A DNA stretch of 64,000 nucleotides from Massalongia carnosa (Eukaryota). Below are positions 50,079-63,312 of the stretch, one piece after another (positions within the stretch are counted from its first letter, which is position 1; every line of letters begins with the position of its first letter). The stretch covers positions 248,001 to 312,000 of the forward strand of contig OZ287070.1 in assembly GCA_965645245.1 (NCBI GenBank). Direction: 5' to 3'. The position numbers were made by a program, and so were the translations under genes. A model generated the notes under the pieces. That model worked only from the letters and a program-made list of their open reading frames with translations, was not told where the DNA came from and ran no database searches.

Positions 50079-51523
50079 GCGTTCTGGGACTGCCAGCGGG
50101 ATCAGGATCGACATTATAGCACGATAATGCGGCATCGAGCTTAAGGCGTTTGGTGGCGCCAATCCACACACACACACACACTTAGGCTTGATTGGACTAG
50201 GTTTTCTTCCGTCCAGGTCTAGGCCGTTCTTGGGCGATGCTAATGCACGATGGTTCGTCGAGCGCAACTAGCACCCCACATCTCGGTATCTGCAATCTCA
50301 GGCGTCCTGGTCGGGAGGAGGGTACTCTGTAATGGGGTGGTTCAGTCGTGCTCCGTGCTCCAATGGGATCTTCACGTGGCGGATCGAAGGGGTGGTGGGG
50401 ATGATGTGATCATCGGAGATGCTTTGGCGTGTCACTTAACTAGTAGTGTCATTCACTACTCTGTAGAGAAGATGGGAAACTAACGATTCAAAGTACCGGC
50501 TACCGAACTAGTTAATTACCATTGATGATGCATGCCTGTTTTGAATCGTAACTTGTAGAGTTTGTTACTTCAACGAAGGAAATAAATTACTACATACATC
50601 AATATATACATACAAGGTACCCACTCCAGCCATTATTCGTCAAAACCTTGTTAATAGGTCGACCGATTGACCGATTGATCAATCAATCAACCGACCATCT
50701 CTAATCAACACATAAGACAAAACGTGCTGAGGGGGATCTACGTGAAAACTTTACGCTTTGAAGCGAGGTGGGGACTTGGAATAGGAATTGCGCTTTGTAG
50801 AACCTGTCAAATAAGAACCCCCAAAGTATGAAGAACAACAACGTTAACCTGCAATCTAATCCGATTCGTTTACATATCCCAACCAGCCAAAAATTTAAAA
50901 AAAATGTAGGACCGCTTGGAGTCATCCTTCCCTAACCTCCTCGTTCTCGTTCCGTTTCAAGTAAGAAGGGAGAAGAGAGAAAGAAGAAAAAAGGAAGCAT
51001 GAACTATGATGATCCAACGACGTCGCTCTCGCAAACCGCTGGACATCACATCACGCCTACACCGCTCCTCAACAAAAATTTGAGGAAAAGGGGCAAGCGC
51101 GACGGGACAAGGAACCAGCCGCGCCTCGAATGCGACGTATGACACGAATGCAGACGAGCGCTCTCCGGTTTAGAGGAGACCTTGTGGTAAGTTCCCATTT
51201 CGGGGGGAAGGGGCTGGGTTCTTGGGATTTGCTGGGTGGGGGTTGAAACGTGATTGGCGGCTTACCCGTGTTATAGAATCCTAGGTCAAGTTCGGTTGGG
51301 GTTTACCTTTTTTTGGTCGCACAAAGCCATGTGTTTCTCTTCATCTTGACTTGAATGATGATGAGAACATCGACATCGACTAAAGAGCTCTGATGGATTT
51401 TTCTGCCGATAACAACTCGGGGGAAAATTCTCAACCTTGTCTTCAGCTGGTGATCTTAACTTGATACTGGCAACTATCAAATTATCATCTCGCTGCTCTC
51501 ATAGCAGCTACAGATGCATTTTG

Positions 51524-53842
51524 CTAAACTCGGACAAGGGGTCGATATCGTGGCTCCCACATCTGCTCTCGCACCCATTCCTCCAACTCGGCATCATCTT
51601 CAGGAATGTCTTTCTCAGTCGCTAAGTCTTCCTTCAGTGCTTGTTTAATCACCGCTTTAGCGATATGCACACTAATCTCCCGTACATTCGTAACATCTGG
51701 CACTAGGCCCTTGGCGGGATCCTTCAAGGCAGGCGATTGGGAGGCGATGACTTTGACCGCGGCCAAAAGCATTTTGTCAGAGAGGAGGCGAGAGCGGCAA
51801 AGAATTGCCCCAAGTCCGATTCCTGGGAATGCCGTGGAGTTGTTGCACTCGGCTTCCTCAAAAATTAATTGTAAGTCATTATAGAAGAATGAAAAATGTA
51901 TCCTACCAACTTCGTACTGCTTTCCATCGTACTCAACTGGTGGAAACGGACTACCCGTAGCTATCAGTGCTTTGCCTTTTGTCCATTCGCTCAAATCTTT
52001 TGGGTCTGCCTCGTGAAGTCTTGTAGGATTACTCAATGGAAGTATTATAGGCCTCTCGACATGCTTGGCCATCTCCTTGACGATTTCCTCGGTAAATGCT
52101 TTGGGGCACGTAGAGGTACCAATCAAGACATGAGGTTTGACCTCCTTAACCACTGAAAGCAAGGTTTTGTGTTCTTTTCCTTGCCAGTCTGCATCATCAC
52201 GAGCGTAAGGAACTTGTCCACGGGTGAGGTTATCCCCTTGAGATTGAACCAAAAGTCCTGGCTTATCGACGCACCTAATATCCCAGTCAGCATCGATGGC
52301 CTCACCGAAGACAACACACTGACCAAATTTGTTTTGCTGCATCTTCTTTGGGCTTCCCGATCTCAATCGCGATCGCATCTCTAACATGGTCCGCAATGCC
52401 AATACCAGCAGTTCCGGAGCCAAAAATGACAATTCTCGTATCAGCAAGGTTTAACTTGCTTACATGCAAACCAGTCATAATTGCAGCTAACGTAATGCAG
52501 CCAGTGCCTTGAATGTCATCATTGAAGCAGGGGATCTCAGGGCCATATTTGTCGAGGATGTCCTTAGCGTTGCTTAGGCCAAAGTCCTCGCTATTGACTT
52601 AATTAGCTAGATTGAACATTGTAATGGTTATTCACGATAGTATCGCTAAGAAAGGTAACAGATTCGCTGAAAGGCTTAGAAGACTTTAGAACCCCCCAAT
52701 CAGCCCTTCAAATCAACCGACTCAAATGCCAAGACAAGTATCTAAAGACTTTCTAGACAACTCAAGAAGCGAGTATCCGAGAATTCTTTTTTGAGGAACT
52801 TACAAGTGAATGTATGCCCGGGGATAAAGTTTACGCGCAGCGCGAACGAAACTCTCGACGAATCCATTGTAGTCTTTGCCTTTAACACGTGGTTGCCGTA
52901 GGCCCAAGTAAAGCTCGTCGTTTAGCAACTGTTCGTTCTACTGAAAGTGAGTATTTGTGTCATTTCGCAAAGCTTTAACTCACATTCGTTCCACAATCGA
53001 GCACAACAGGTAGCGTTCGCGAGGGGTGAATGCCAGCACACAACGTCGTAAGAACAAGTTTCGCTACCGATATCAGGATCCCCCCTACCCCTGGCCAACA
53101 TCTTAACACCATATATGTCAGCATTTGCAAGAGGACCTACCCTGATCGCCAATTCCGAGAATCTAACAACATCTATCAGATTCATACTTTATCTTTACCG
53201 TCATTTACCTGGCACATACCTCTTCTCCATCGCTGACAACAATATAATCAATATCTTCAGGACGACCCCACTGAGCCAAGTTGTCATACATGTGCTTTTG
53301 GTCAAAGATATTGAGGAAGCATCCTTCAGGTCTGCGGAAAAGACGCGAAAAGTTCTGGATCGCTTCGCCTTCCGTAGGGGTGTAGATGATGCTAAACATC
53401 TCTTTTATGTGGTTTCGGATAAGCTAACCCAACACCGGGCATGACACATCAGCTTGCCACATTCATAGCACGCGGGTTCGATGGTATACCTTAAAGTAGA
53501 GGACCACATTCTGGTCCTTCATGCTCGTCATGAAGGTATTCTTAGCAAGCGAGTCTTGGCAACTTCTATACTGTTCGTATGCTCGCTCCGCCTGGGACTC
53601 AAGCGTTTGAACATTTTGGGGGAGGAAACCGTAGAGATTGAACTCCTCGCGCTCATGGGAAGGAAAAGCCGAGCCCTTGTTGTAATATGGTGACCTCAAT
53701 AGCGCTGTTCCCTATATGAATTTGTTACGAAATGTCCAACGGTTTCACAAGGACAACTTCTGACAGTTAGAGAACACTCCTGAGGCCCAGAAGTAGACAA
53801 TGGGAGATGGCTGAATTTCTTGTAACTTTTCGTCGATGACAT
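51524..53842 (-). CDS. Malic enzyme (NAD-dependent type), multi-exon
   Basis: [63 protein letters not shown]. Confidence 0.94.
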
Positions 53843-54786
53843 CCTTCAGATTTTTAATTTGCTTGAGGTGCTCAGGTAAACATAGTTTAGTGAGGAAATG
53901 TATGTGTGTGGAGTTCGTTGCTGTTACATCAACCGACGGGGTTGCTTTAGTTCGACCAAAGGAAGCGACGGGGCATCTGACGTCATAAGAGCGTGTACAA
54001 GTACGGGATGGTCAGTTACTCACCTGAAGAGCTGAAAGGTTCGATAATCTGCCTTTTCGTCTTTCAGCCAGTGAAGTATACTATTTTTGATGCCCACCGT
54101 CTCAAAAAGTAACTTACATTCATAAGAATCAAATTTATGACGTGCCTATCTATCTTTCACCCCCCTACGCCCCTACCCCTGTACCTTCCTACTCCCCCGT
54201 GCGCGTACACGCCAAGATAGAAAGAGAAGGAGGATGTAGAAAGAGGGACAGAAACGCAAAAGGGCAAAGAAGGAGTTAGAAACATATGGAAAACACAGAT
54301 GAACAAAATCTCCATGGTTGCAAAACAAAAAGAGGACATAGAAGAGATATAAAAGAGGGTGGGGGTTGGATATCTAGATTCGAAAATGTATAAAAGTTAC
54401 TAAGGTTACAAATATGTTAATACAAGACCACGAGAATGAAAGTTACTTGCAACCGATGCCCCTCCGATTACAAAAGCCTTTACCTTTTGCACCAAACCTC
54501 CCACCATCCCCTGACATGCTGGAACAAACTATGGGTGCTAGTGTACAACATTTTTTAGGCATCCTAATGCTTCTTTGCAAAAGGTAGCTTTCTTGATATA
54601 GCTCAGGCGCTGCAATGCTTACCATTTCCGCCAACAATGATATCGATAACAGGATTCTTAAGTAGGTGAAGGGTGCCGCCGAACAAGAGATGCCGCCAAA
54701 TAGGCGATACCGCCAAACAAACGGTAAAAGGTTAGCCTTGAAGCCTTCTCCTGGCAGCTTAAAAGAATCTGAAGCGTTGAAGATTA

Positions 54787-55741
54787 TTATAACAGAAAAG
54801 AATCGAAGTAGAAGGAGCTCTCATTATCGAAATTTAAGCAGTCCGCGGTCTCTTGTGCTGTAATGAAGAGCAATGAGTCGTCAGCTTGCGGATCATCTTG
54901 TAAATGGCTGGGTGTGTTAGAGGTTGTTGCAGAGTCCAGGTCAGGTAGTGCTGCATGTGGCTGCCTTGGTATGCTGCCCGAACGAGACCGGGTCTTGACA
55001 AGCTTCCTCCTGATAGGCTTCTGAACCCTTGGCGCTTCACAAATATCTTGCGATAAAGAAGGCGTCACTGGTGTGGTCCTTGAGTGAAAAGCGTAGGCAG
55101 CTTGATTGTTCCGCTTCAAAGATGCAAGCGAATAATCCGTTGATGCCTCTCTATTATCTATTGGAATATTGGCATCGACGGGCCTCTGGAACAAGTTTGA
55201 AAATTCGAAATTCGCCTTGCCGATAGTGTAACTTGAAGGTGGCTCATTGATCGGCGCAAAATCCAGTGGATCATGGACGGAGGACAAGTATGGGGAAGAA
55301 TCGACGGAAAAATCCGAAACTGACGGCTGGCTAAGTTGCGTAAATGTAAGTTGAGTACGCAAAGGATGTGGCTGGGGTACAACTTACGCAGGGGATGTTT
55401 GTATAGAAAATTCGGCGTCACAGGAGAATAAGGTTGAGCTTAAAGGCGCTGATGAGTAACGTGGATTTCCACTGGCGTTTTGTGGCTGTTCCTTCGCCTT
55501 CGCCATCCTCCTGGCTTTCTTGAATTTCCATGTTTTAAATCTTGTGCGATATTGCGACTCGCTAAAGACTGTCTCTAAGTACTCATCACCACAAAAAGCT
55601 AGGTGGTACCTACCTGGGCTGAAAATCTTCGCTTGCCATTTTTTTCCGGACTACTCTGAGCGGATACCCTTTGGTTATATAGAGCCTCTCGATATCCAGT
55701 TTTCGAACTTCCCATTGCTCGGGCGTCACTATGGTAGTCAT
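54787..55741 (-). CDS. Clr5-domain protein, 3 exons
   Basis: Spliced N-terminus EQWEVRKLDIERLYI..LRVVRKKM..F.PS|ESQYRTRFKTWKFKK matches the Clr5 pattern; joins in frame to the ORF ending at 54787. Confidence 0.75.
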
Positions 55742-56247
55742 ATCCAATAGTCCTAAGATTCTTAGCTCATCCAATCAAAGTACGGATCGAAAGTATATTG
55801 TCGACTGTATGATCATTTTAAACAGTTCAAATGGGCGTCTGGGGCCGGTGGCACGGAACCATTTAAGTCGATTCGCTCTCAAACAATGTTTTGGAAGCTC
55901 CAATATTTGAGGTCTTAAGTCTAGGAGCACGACGCATCGAAGTTTAAAATCGGTTTTTTTGTTAGTGATCTGATTGGATGAGTGCCGAACCCATCAGGGG
56001 TTTAAGATGAAGGAGAGGTCCTGCAGGTACGATCGTACGATAAATGACTGACTTCGAACTCAATGATTGGTGTCCCTCTAAGAAGGCGTTGAAAAGCCAG
56101 CTTAAGTGGTCACCGCAATGAGGCAATCTGTGAAGAGCCTCCATTTTGGGGGCGGAAAGGATAAAATTAAATTGCGCAAGTCGATCTTTCTAGGTCACCG
56201 GTCATATTTCGTTGACAGAATGCTGATTATGAATATGAAGTATCTTT

Positions 56248-57873
56248 TTATAGTCTTCTTCTCTTCAAAATATTGCCTGGAAATATTTCTACCCCGGTCA
56301 TCGCTGCATCGTAATACCTTGGTCGTGTGTCCCCATGATTTTTATTAACGATGAAATCCTCTGCTAGCATGTGAGGCTTCCTTGATCTCTGTATACCAAA
56401 CTTCCCATAGTAAAGTAATCCAACCATTAGGAGCAATACTGTCGTAACGATATCCAAAACATGGACAGCCCACCAGATGTGTTGTGTTCCAAGAAGACAT
56501 GAGGAATATTCCATCCTCCATTCTCTCAAATCGTGATCATACCAAGCGCTCAAAAGGCCAGCGTTGCCACCGAATTCTCCCATCATACTTTGAAGAGTAA
56601 TTTCACGAATACCAGGGCTGGTCCTGTTTGATCGCCACAATGAGTTATTAAATCGCTCAGCCTTCCAGGTGCGCGGATCCGGCACTTCACTGTCTTCAAG
56701 ATAGTGGTACACATCACAGCCCTCGTGGTCATGACCCGTAATAATAATTCCATTACGTCCAAGTCCTCCGCCAGGAGCGTCGGGATTCCCGCTCATGCCA
56801 AATATACCCTCGAGTATCCCTTTGCCAGCGTTGTAGCTCAGATGGTTCTGCTCCTTAACCCCTCCACCTTGCTCGTAAGGGTGGAAGTCGAAGTGGGGGC
56901 TATCTACACAAACTCCAGCCTCCTTATGCAAGGGGAGATGAGTGAGGACAATCGTGGTTGTATTCCGATCTTCGACAGGACGAGAGGAGCCAATAAGCTC
57001 GTTGATGAATTTGTAGGTGTCTGCTTGGAGGTCTTGTGACAAAGCCGGCGTGTCGAGATTTAGAGAGTTCAAGATCACAAGTTTCAGCTCTGGAAGGCCA
57101 GGACTTTCAACAGCGGCCATGGCTCGGTGATGCTCTTGTGGTATGACGAACCGGCTCTCCCAGTTTGCCTTGCCGAAAACCCTCTCGAACCGATGCATTC
57201 TATCTAGTGTCATATCGCCGGCATAGCCAACATCATGATTCCCAGCAATGTTTATAATCCTTTTTGCCCAATTCTTATCGCGACCCAATATATCCAGATA
57301 TCTGGTTTTTGTCACATCATCATCTATTCTTTGGCCTCCTTGAAACACCCTATTCCAGTATCGCCATCCTCGACGTGCAAATTCCTTGTCGCTAACCCAT
57401 TGGCTCCCCAGTAAGTCTCCTAACACCGCAACGTGGGTAGGGTTCGTGAACCAATGTACGGTGCGATAAATATGAGCCAGGTAGTAGTCGTTACCCCAAA
57501 GATCTATCCTCTTTCGATATATGCGGAGGAGGCGTGGTATGTCAGAAACGAGGAAGTCTCGCCCGGAGTGGCGTAGTATATGGAGGAGATCGTGCAAAGA
57601 GCGTAAAGCTGAGAGATCTGCTCCGAGGGTTTCAAGACTTGGAAAGGAGCCATCTCTAGAATTTGGAAGTGATGAGTCGCCCTCCAACTGCGGATCTCCC
57701 AGCGCAAGCAAGCGGAAAGGAGCGTCAACAGTCCAGGCAGAGGGGGATTCTGGGGGTGAGCGATGTTTCGGAAACCCACAACGGTGAAAGACCGGGTATG
57801 AGTACAGGTAGAGAGTCGATATTAAAGAGAGCACTAGAAGCCCTTTGAGCAACCCACCAAGAAATGGAAACAT
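56248..57873 (-). CDS. TED1: Ted1/MPPE1-like metallophosphoesterase (GPI remodelling)
   Basis: GDPQLEG, DLWGNDYYLAHIY, LGDLLGSQW, GNHDVGY, THLPL, TGHDHEGC, SMMGEFGGN; N- and C-terminal TM segments. Confidence 0.85.
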   Translation of the reverse strand: MFPFLGGLLKGLLVLSLISTLYLYSYPVFHRCGFPKHRSPPESPSAWTVDAPFRLLALGDPQLEGDSSLPNSRDGSFPSLETLGADLSALRSLHDLLHILRHSGRDFLVSDIPRLLRIYRKRIDLWGNDYYLAHIYRTVHWFTNPTHVAVLGDLLGSQWVSDKEFARRGWRYWNRVFQGGQRIDDDVTKTRYLDILGRDKNWAKRIINIAGNHDVGYAGDMTLDRMHRFERVFGKANWESRFVIPQEHHRAMAAVESPGLPELKLVILNSLNLDTPALSQDLQADTYKFINELIGSSRPVEDRNTTTIVLTHLPLHKEAGVCVDSPHFDFHPYEQGGGVKEQNHLSYNAGKGILEGIFGMSGNPDAPGGGLGRNGIIITGHDHEGCDVYHYLEDSEVPDPRTWKAERFNNSLWRSNRTSPGIREITLQSMMGEFGGNAGLLSAWYDHDLREWRMEYSSCLLGTQHIWWAVHVLDIVTTVLLLMVGLLYYGKFGIQRSRKPHMLAEDFIVNKNHGDTRPRYYDAAMTGVEIFPGNILKRRRL

Positions 57874-58177
57874 AAGGGTACATAAAGTGGACAGGGAGTC
57901 TCTTCGCGAACAGTTATGTAATGAAGCGAGACGAAGCTCTGCGCAACTGCGACCGCGCCTAGTTATGCCCCTATCACTGTAATTACCGGGATTCTAAGAC
58001 TTCTTAACGACTCTATCTCATTAAGCTACGATTCATGATCCCGAAGGCTGAAAATCTCAATCTGCAAGGCTGGAGATAACCTCATCGTTAAGACCTAATT
58101 CTTCACCAAACAAGCCGCAGAGTCTAGTTTGCTATTCTGGATATTTAAGAGACTTGTACGCTCGACATCAGAGATCC

Positions 58178-58962
58178 TCACATCACAACCCCCGAATTGC
58201 TTGCAATACGCTGTCCACTGTTAGCTCTAAGAGCTCCTATCCCGACTAAATATGTTCTTACCGGCCATAGCTCCGCCGCTTCTTTGCCAACTGGGCCTGT
58301 TATTGCCGATCCTTTCATCTCGCCCTTCGGGTTAACAATCTGTGAAAAGCTGGGATCAGCCAATTGGTTTCTCAGATCCATCATGTTCCTGTAAGGGCCG
58401 AGAGCTCTCAACACCAGCCCAAACTACTCCTGGATTATGATATACCACTCCACTGCTCCTTCCGTAACAATGTGAGAATGAACTCACAACTCCTGCGTTA
58501 TCTTCAAAGTACAGATACACCCCATCTGCTCGCCTCCATGGCTTACTCTGCCTTACCACCACTGCAGGCATGACCTTCTTCCTCAGCTCTGGCTTTCCCT
58601 TCTTCACTGTAGCCATGACCATATCACCAACACCTGCAGCAGGGAGCCGGTTAAGGCGGGCGCCGATGCCTTTGACGGAAATAATGTAAAGATTTCGGGC
58701 GCCCGAGTTGTCGCAGCAATTCATGACAGCACCACTAGACGCGAAAATTAGTTGGCTTTCGCATACCATACAGAGTCAAGTAGCTATCTATTATGATGAG
58801 GTAACGCAGCTATTAACGAGATAGGTCGACCATTATCGGCTTACACAGGGAGACCAAGTGTCATCTTAAGTTTGTTGCCCGAGGCACCACCACGACTGTG
58901 ATACTCTTCATTAGCTTGGTATGTAGTAGCTATATCTGGCGTACTTGCCCTCTCTTAGACAT
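58178..58962 (-). CDS. RPL23: 60S ribosomal protein L23 (uL14), multi-exon
   Basis: [65 protein letters not shown]. Confidence 0.97.
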
Positions 58963-59507
58963 CTTAAATTAAGTTATGTAGTAGATCTATGGTGATTCGT
59001 TTCGAAAGACGTCTTGCGTGTCTTGCGAGTTTTCGGTATGGCGATATTATCAAGATTCTGTGGGGTGATCGGGCGCTAGCAGAAAGACCCCGAACCACTA
59101 TCACGAAAATGGTCTAGGCAAGTTCTTACATCATTTCTCAACGACAACTCTTCAACTTAATGCCATCATCTCATCAGTTTCACTAATTCCTTATATAGTT
59201 ATGCTCTACTCGAGGACACAGTGGTTACAACAGGCCTAATATATAAAATTCTAAATAAATCCCTTCACGCTCATTAACTGATGGGAACATGCGTCTTTCC
59301 CGTCATCCAAGCTCCAAAACTGGACGCTAGGTGGATGCCTTTTTCTGTCGGAAACTTGTTCGTGCTTCCCACAGCAACTCCCCTATTACTCTGTCCGCGT
59401 CAAAATTTCCTATTTTCAACTAGCTAGTCAAAATCGTCCTTATGGCAAAGTTGCGCTATTAGAATTAGCCTTTTATTTTCAAAGTGCCATTCACGTTCAC
59501 AAAGAAC

Positions 59508-60098
59508 CTACTGAGCAAATTCTACTAGTTCTATCGTTATCCAGTTTCTTCCGTTTCGCTTGCTGGTATTCGAAGAGCCACAACATGACCAGAAGCCATC
59601 TTCATCAATATCCGATAGATCAGGCGTTGGAAGACGATGCGGCACCTCGGTTTTGAGTGAATTCTTAACACCGTCATTACCAGCATCACATGGCGACTTT
59701 GCTTTGCTTCGTGGTTTCTTGGAATCATTGGAAGATCTCTGTTCCTTGTGTGGCTCAGGCGTTACTAGAGTCACTGCTTTTGTTGAAGTCATGTCTTTCG
59801 TACATGCCAAGCCAAGACTTTCAGGCTGTGACCTTTCTTTGGCTCTGCGAACTTGGGCACCTCTTACCATCGAACACTTAGTAACAATGATCTCATCTGG
59901 AAAGAGTACCCAGTCCTCCGGCGACGGCGACATTGTAGGATAGTGAAGAACTACCTCCTTCAAAGATCGAACTTTCTTCGAATTTTGGGTAAGAGCCGTG
60001 GAAGATCGTTTTTTGAGGCCAGGATCGTTGATGGTCTTTGTTGATGACAGCATGGTCGAGAAGCAGGGTGATGCCAGGAGGCAATCGTGATGCCCCAA
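59508..60098 (-). CDS. Hypothetical protein
   Basis: 196-codon ORF ending in LPTPDLSDIDEDGFWSCC; start uncertain. Confidence 0.45.
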   Translation of the reverse strand: MGHHDCLLASPCFSTMLSSTKTINDPGLKKRSSTALTQNSKKVRSLKEVVLHYPTMSPSPEDWVLFPDEIIVTKCSMVRGAQVRRAKERSQPESLGLACTKDMTSTKAVTLVTPEPHKEQRSSNDSKKPRSKAKSPCDAGNDGVKNSLKTEVPHRLPTPDLSDIDEDGFWSCCGSSNTSKRNGRNWITIELVEFAQ

Positions 60099-62363
60099 TG
60101 GAAAATCACGGGCTCGAGAATGCGCTAGTAAGCGATAATCGATGCCAGGGGTTTCAACTGATAAATTCTAGATTTTGATGGACGTGGTGTTCTCGGTGCA
60201 TATGCTGTCAAGTCCAAGGAGAGAAGCGAGAAGGATAGAAAGAAGGGGAAGGAGGAAGAGAGGGGTGGGCTCGGGTTTTGATGTTCAAGGGTTGGGGTAG
60301 CGAAGCGAGGGCGACCAATCAGCAGGGATAATGCAGCTGCGGCCCAGCACTCCTCATCCCACCGTGGACTGTCATTTGTTAGCATTGCGACTATCTCTTT
60401 TCCTGGCATTACTGTTTGCTCTCACCGTGGTCGTTGAAATGTCACTACCTTTTCATGGACAATCCTAGAGGTTCGGCGAGCTTAAGGTGACTAGCGTCGA
60501 TGTCACGTGCCTCCTAGTTCTTCCTTTGCATTTTACACACCGTCAACCTCTAAGATGGCAGCGTCATTCCACACTCCATATCGAGAGACTATTACAGCAC
60601 CTCCAAGTGTAGAGGCGCCACATTGGGTAACACCTAGCCATGCGCGAGGCGAAAATTGTAAGGGAGATTGGAAGAAAAGCTATCGGGTCGATATTGTTTC
60701 ATTTGCACTTCTTATGTGTCCTATTACCTGTAGCCGCAGCCCTCAGAAACCTAGCCCCCATGACTATGTTATCGATGCTTCTACCTCTTGACACACGTTC
60801 TCATATCCACTTAGTCAATTCGCGTCCAATATGGAGGACTACTATAAAGGAATCCTTTCATCAGGCAGTTCGACTCATCAGCCGGAATATTTCCAATTTT
60901 CATAATATCAGAACCGCCCTTTGAACAATTTAAAACGCTAATGTAGTATCTTATCAACTTATCTGAACTGGTCGATAGGGTATTGTCCCTCAGGTCAGCA
61001 TCTTCCTCAAGAAACAAGACCCACCACCGCCTCCCATAGAGATATGTATCCAAGCTCATCCCAAAGCCTCCATGTCATCAACAGCTCCCTTCAAATGGCG
61101 ACCGCTATAGAACACTACTGTATCGAGAGACTTACCACACTCGCAGCGAATTCTCCAATTCTTTCCCCCTTAAATTCTTATAGGTTGATCCTATAAACAG
61201 TCCAGTCTCACATTTTTAATATCCAGGCAGATTGCCCAAAGAATTACCACTTAAACAGGATCTGCTATCCTTCTCATCGGAATCGCAGGGAGTTAGTCCC
61301 TTACGGGCGGGATAAAGATATTCGCATATCGTTGTTTGCCTCAGTACCTCAGACGTGCCCGTTTAAGCCCCTTCGAGTTAGCCTTGCAGAAAAAGTTAAG
61401 CCTCTTCTTCGGGTTAATACGCAATCTTTCTGCAGTACGTCTGAGTGGGATTATGACTTAACAATCAACACGACGATGATTTCGATCCCACAGAACAACG
61501 CTACAATTTCCTATTTTCATGTTTGTAACGTCTTCGTCACTTAATATGATTATGATCGATGTGTTATTTATTTTTTTCTTTATAAATTTCAATGTTTCTT
61601 TTTGTATACTTATAACGAGCAGAACAACTTTACATCCGTTTTGTTATTTTCGATTTTCACTTTTTATGAATTTTGCAACGAACAGGAATTTCAAGCTTTT
61701 AATACGAGAATTCTTTTGAATAACCAGTTCGTGCAAGCAAAAAAATCGTAATTTTGGGTTTTAAAGTCACGCACGTCTAAGGTACTAAGGCATCGTTTGA
61801 GATTGCGCCCCCGGGCCCTCGACCAAAAGGCATAATGCTTAGTCAGCAGACTAAGCTCTATTCTACTACTAGCTGTAGGCCCTGCTCGCACGGCCGATTT
61901 GGCTTTGATGTTTACACAACGGCGCATAAGAAAGAACTTTTATCCGAGTTCAGTTTCCGCTGTTTCAAAATCTACATAGTATCTGTCCAAGGACATCAGG
62001 TAAGCTACTCAGTCACGCTAAAAAAGCACATAGCGAGATGTCTCAACCACCTAAGTCTCCTTGAATTCAGTAGCCAAATACTTCGGAGTGATGAGAAAAC
62101 GCATCTCTTAGGGCAATGTCCAGGCTCCTTGTTGTTGCATCTTTTCACCAAGGGAAAGAAAACCGGTGCAGATGCCGTGTAAAAGATCCCGTTGAAACAC
62201 AGCATCCGAGTTAATCCGCCTCGAGCAGTCTCGAGCATCCTTGAGGACGGCTTATTCTTCTAGACCGTCGAACATGCATCGACTCTATTTAAGAACTCCT
62301 GTTATCCTACCTTTCCTCTTATTGTAGAAAAACCCAAAGCTCTCCTTCACACGCTATCTCATT

Positions 62364-63312
62364 ATGCATTTCAACTTCTTATTTAGGATATACATTATTA
62401 TTTCGTTAAGCACAGCAAAGCCAGTTAAGGAAACCTTTCGAGAATCAAGGGACTTGACTGATTTAGACCCTTTCTACGATATTCCAAGCGAATCGAACCC
62501 TTTAGCTATCTCAAGCGGCCTGTTAGCTTCAAGCAATCTCGACCTTGTCGATCTAGCTGCAGCTTCTCCTCCGTGTGATGATCAGGCGAATGCCGACTCC
62601 TCTGCTGACCTCCTGTTTCCTCAAATATGGAATTCGAATACATTGACCAAAAGGGATGCCATGCAAGTTGCGAATCAAGTGTTGCCAGAACAAGAAATTG
62701 AAGAAGCACCGCCATCAGCCTGCCCTGCAAAGCGACCGTCATCTGGACCGTCATCTGGACCGGGGTCGTCGCCCCTAGTACCAGAAATTCCACAAGGTTG
62801 GCCTGACTGGATTAAGAGATGCAATGATGCCTTTCTGGTTGCAGGCTGTTGCGATGGAGATCAGCGCTTGTCTAAAGAAATTCCGCATGAAAGGCCAGTA
62901 CCGGGCAGAGTGTATATCGACAAGGATGGCTGCATTAACGGTATACTTTTCCCTTTTCATGCCAAGAGCTCGAGGTTTGCATAGAACGTGCTGACATTAG
63001 CTTAATGCACAGCCGACTTGGGGAATGATCACAAAGATCTAAAGTGTCTTGAACCTAATAATCGATACTGCTGTAAAGGTATCACGTGGGACTCTCCAAA
63101 CGGAAAAGTACGTGATTCCCTCGTTAAGCGTTGACTCAACTCTATGATGAGCTGAAAAGAGTGTCTAGGATGCCAATCATGGGCACTTTTGCGTCAAATG
63201 GAATGATAAGACCCTTCACCCGATCGGAACACCTGTTTATCCAGAGGTTTGGCCGGATTATCAGCCTGGCCGTCAGCCTAATTTGCCTGAGAGCGGTGGG
63301 CGCCAACGCTGA
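62364..63312 (+). CDS. Secreted protein with acidic N-terminal region and C-terminal hydrophobin-type 8-Cys domain (exons 62364-62940, 63013-63107, 63169-63312)
   Basis: Signal-peptide-like start, KR site, GT-AG introns in frame; C-X8-CC-X26-C-X13-C-X7-CC-X18-C; exon 3 acceptor less certain. Confidence 0.75.

Noticed and set aside
50950..51335. snRNA, snoRNA or small spliced ORF (AATTTTTG and splice-like sites on the - strand)
   Set aside because: No U1-U6, U3, RNase P/MRP or telomerase-template hallmark recognised; one candidate intron would be only 26 nt
52591..52803. Element or ncRNA in the long malic-enzyme intron
   Set aside because: No TIR, TSD or snoRNA box arrangement that I can support
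61500..61760. RIP-degraded ankyrin or TE remnant
   Set aside because: AT-rich, but too degenerate to assign
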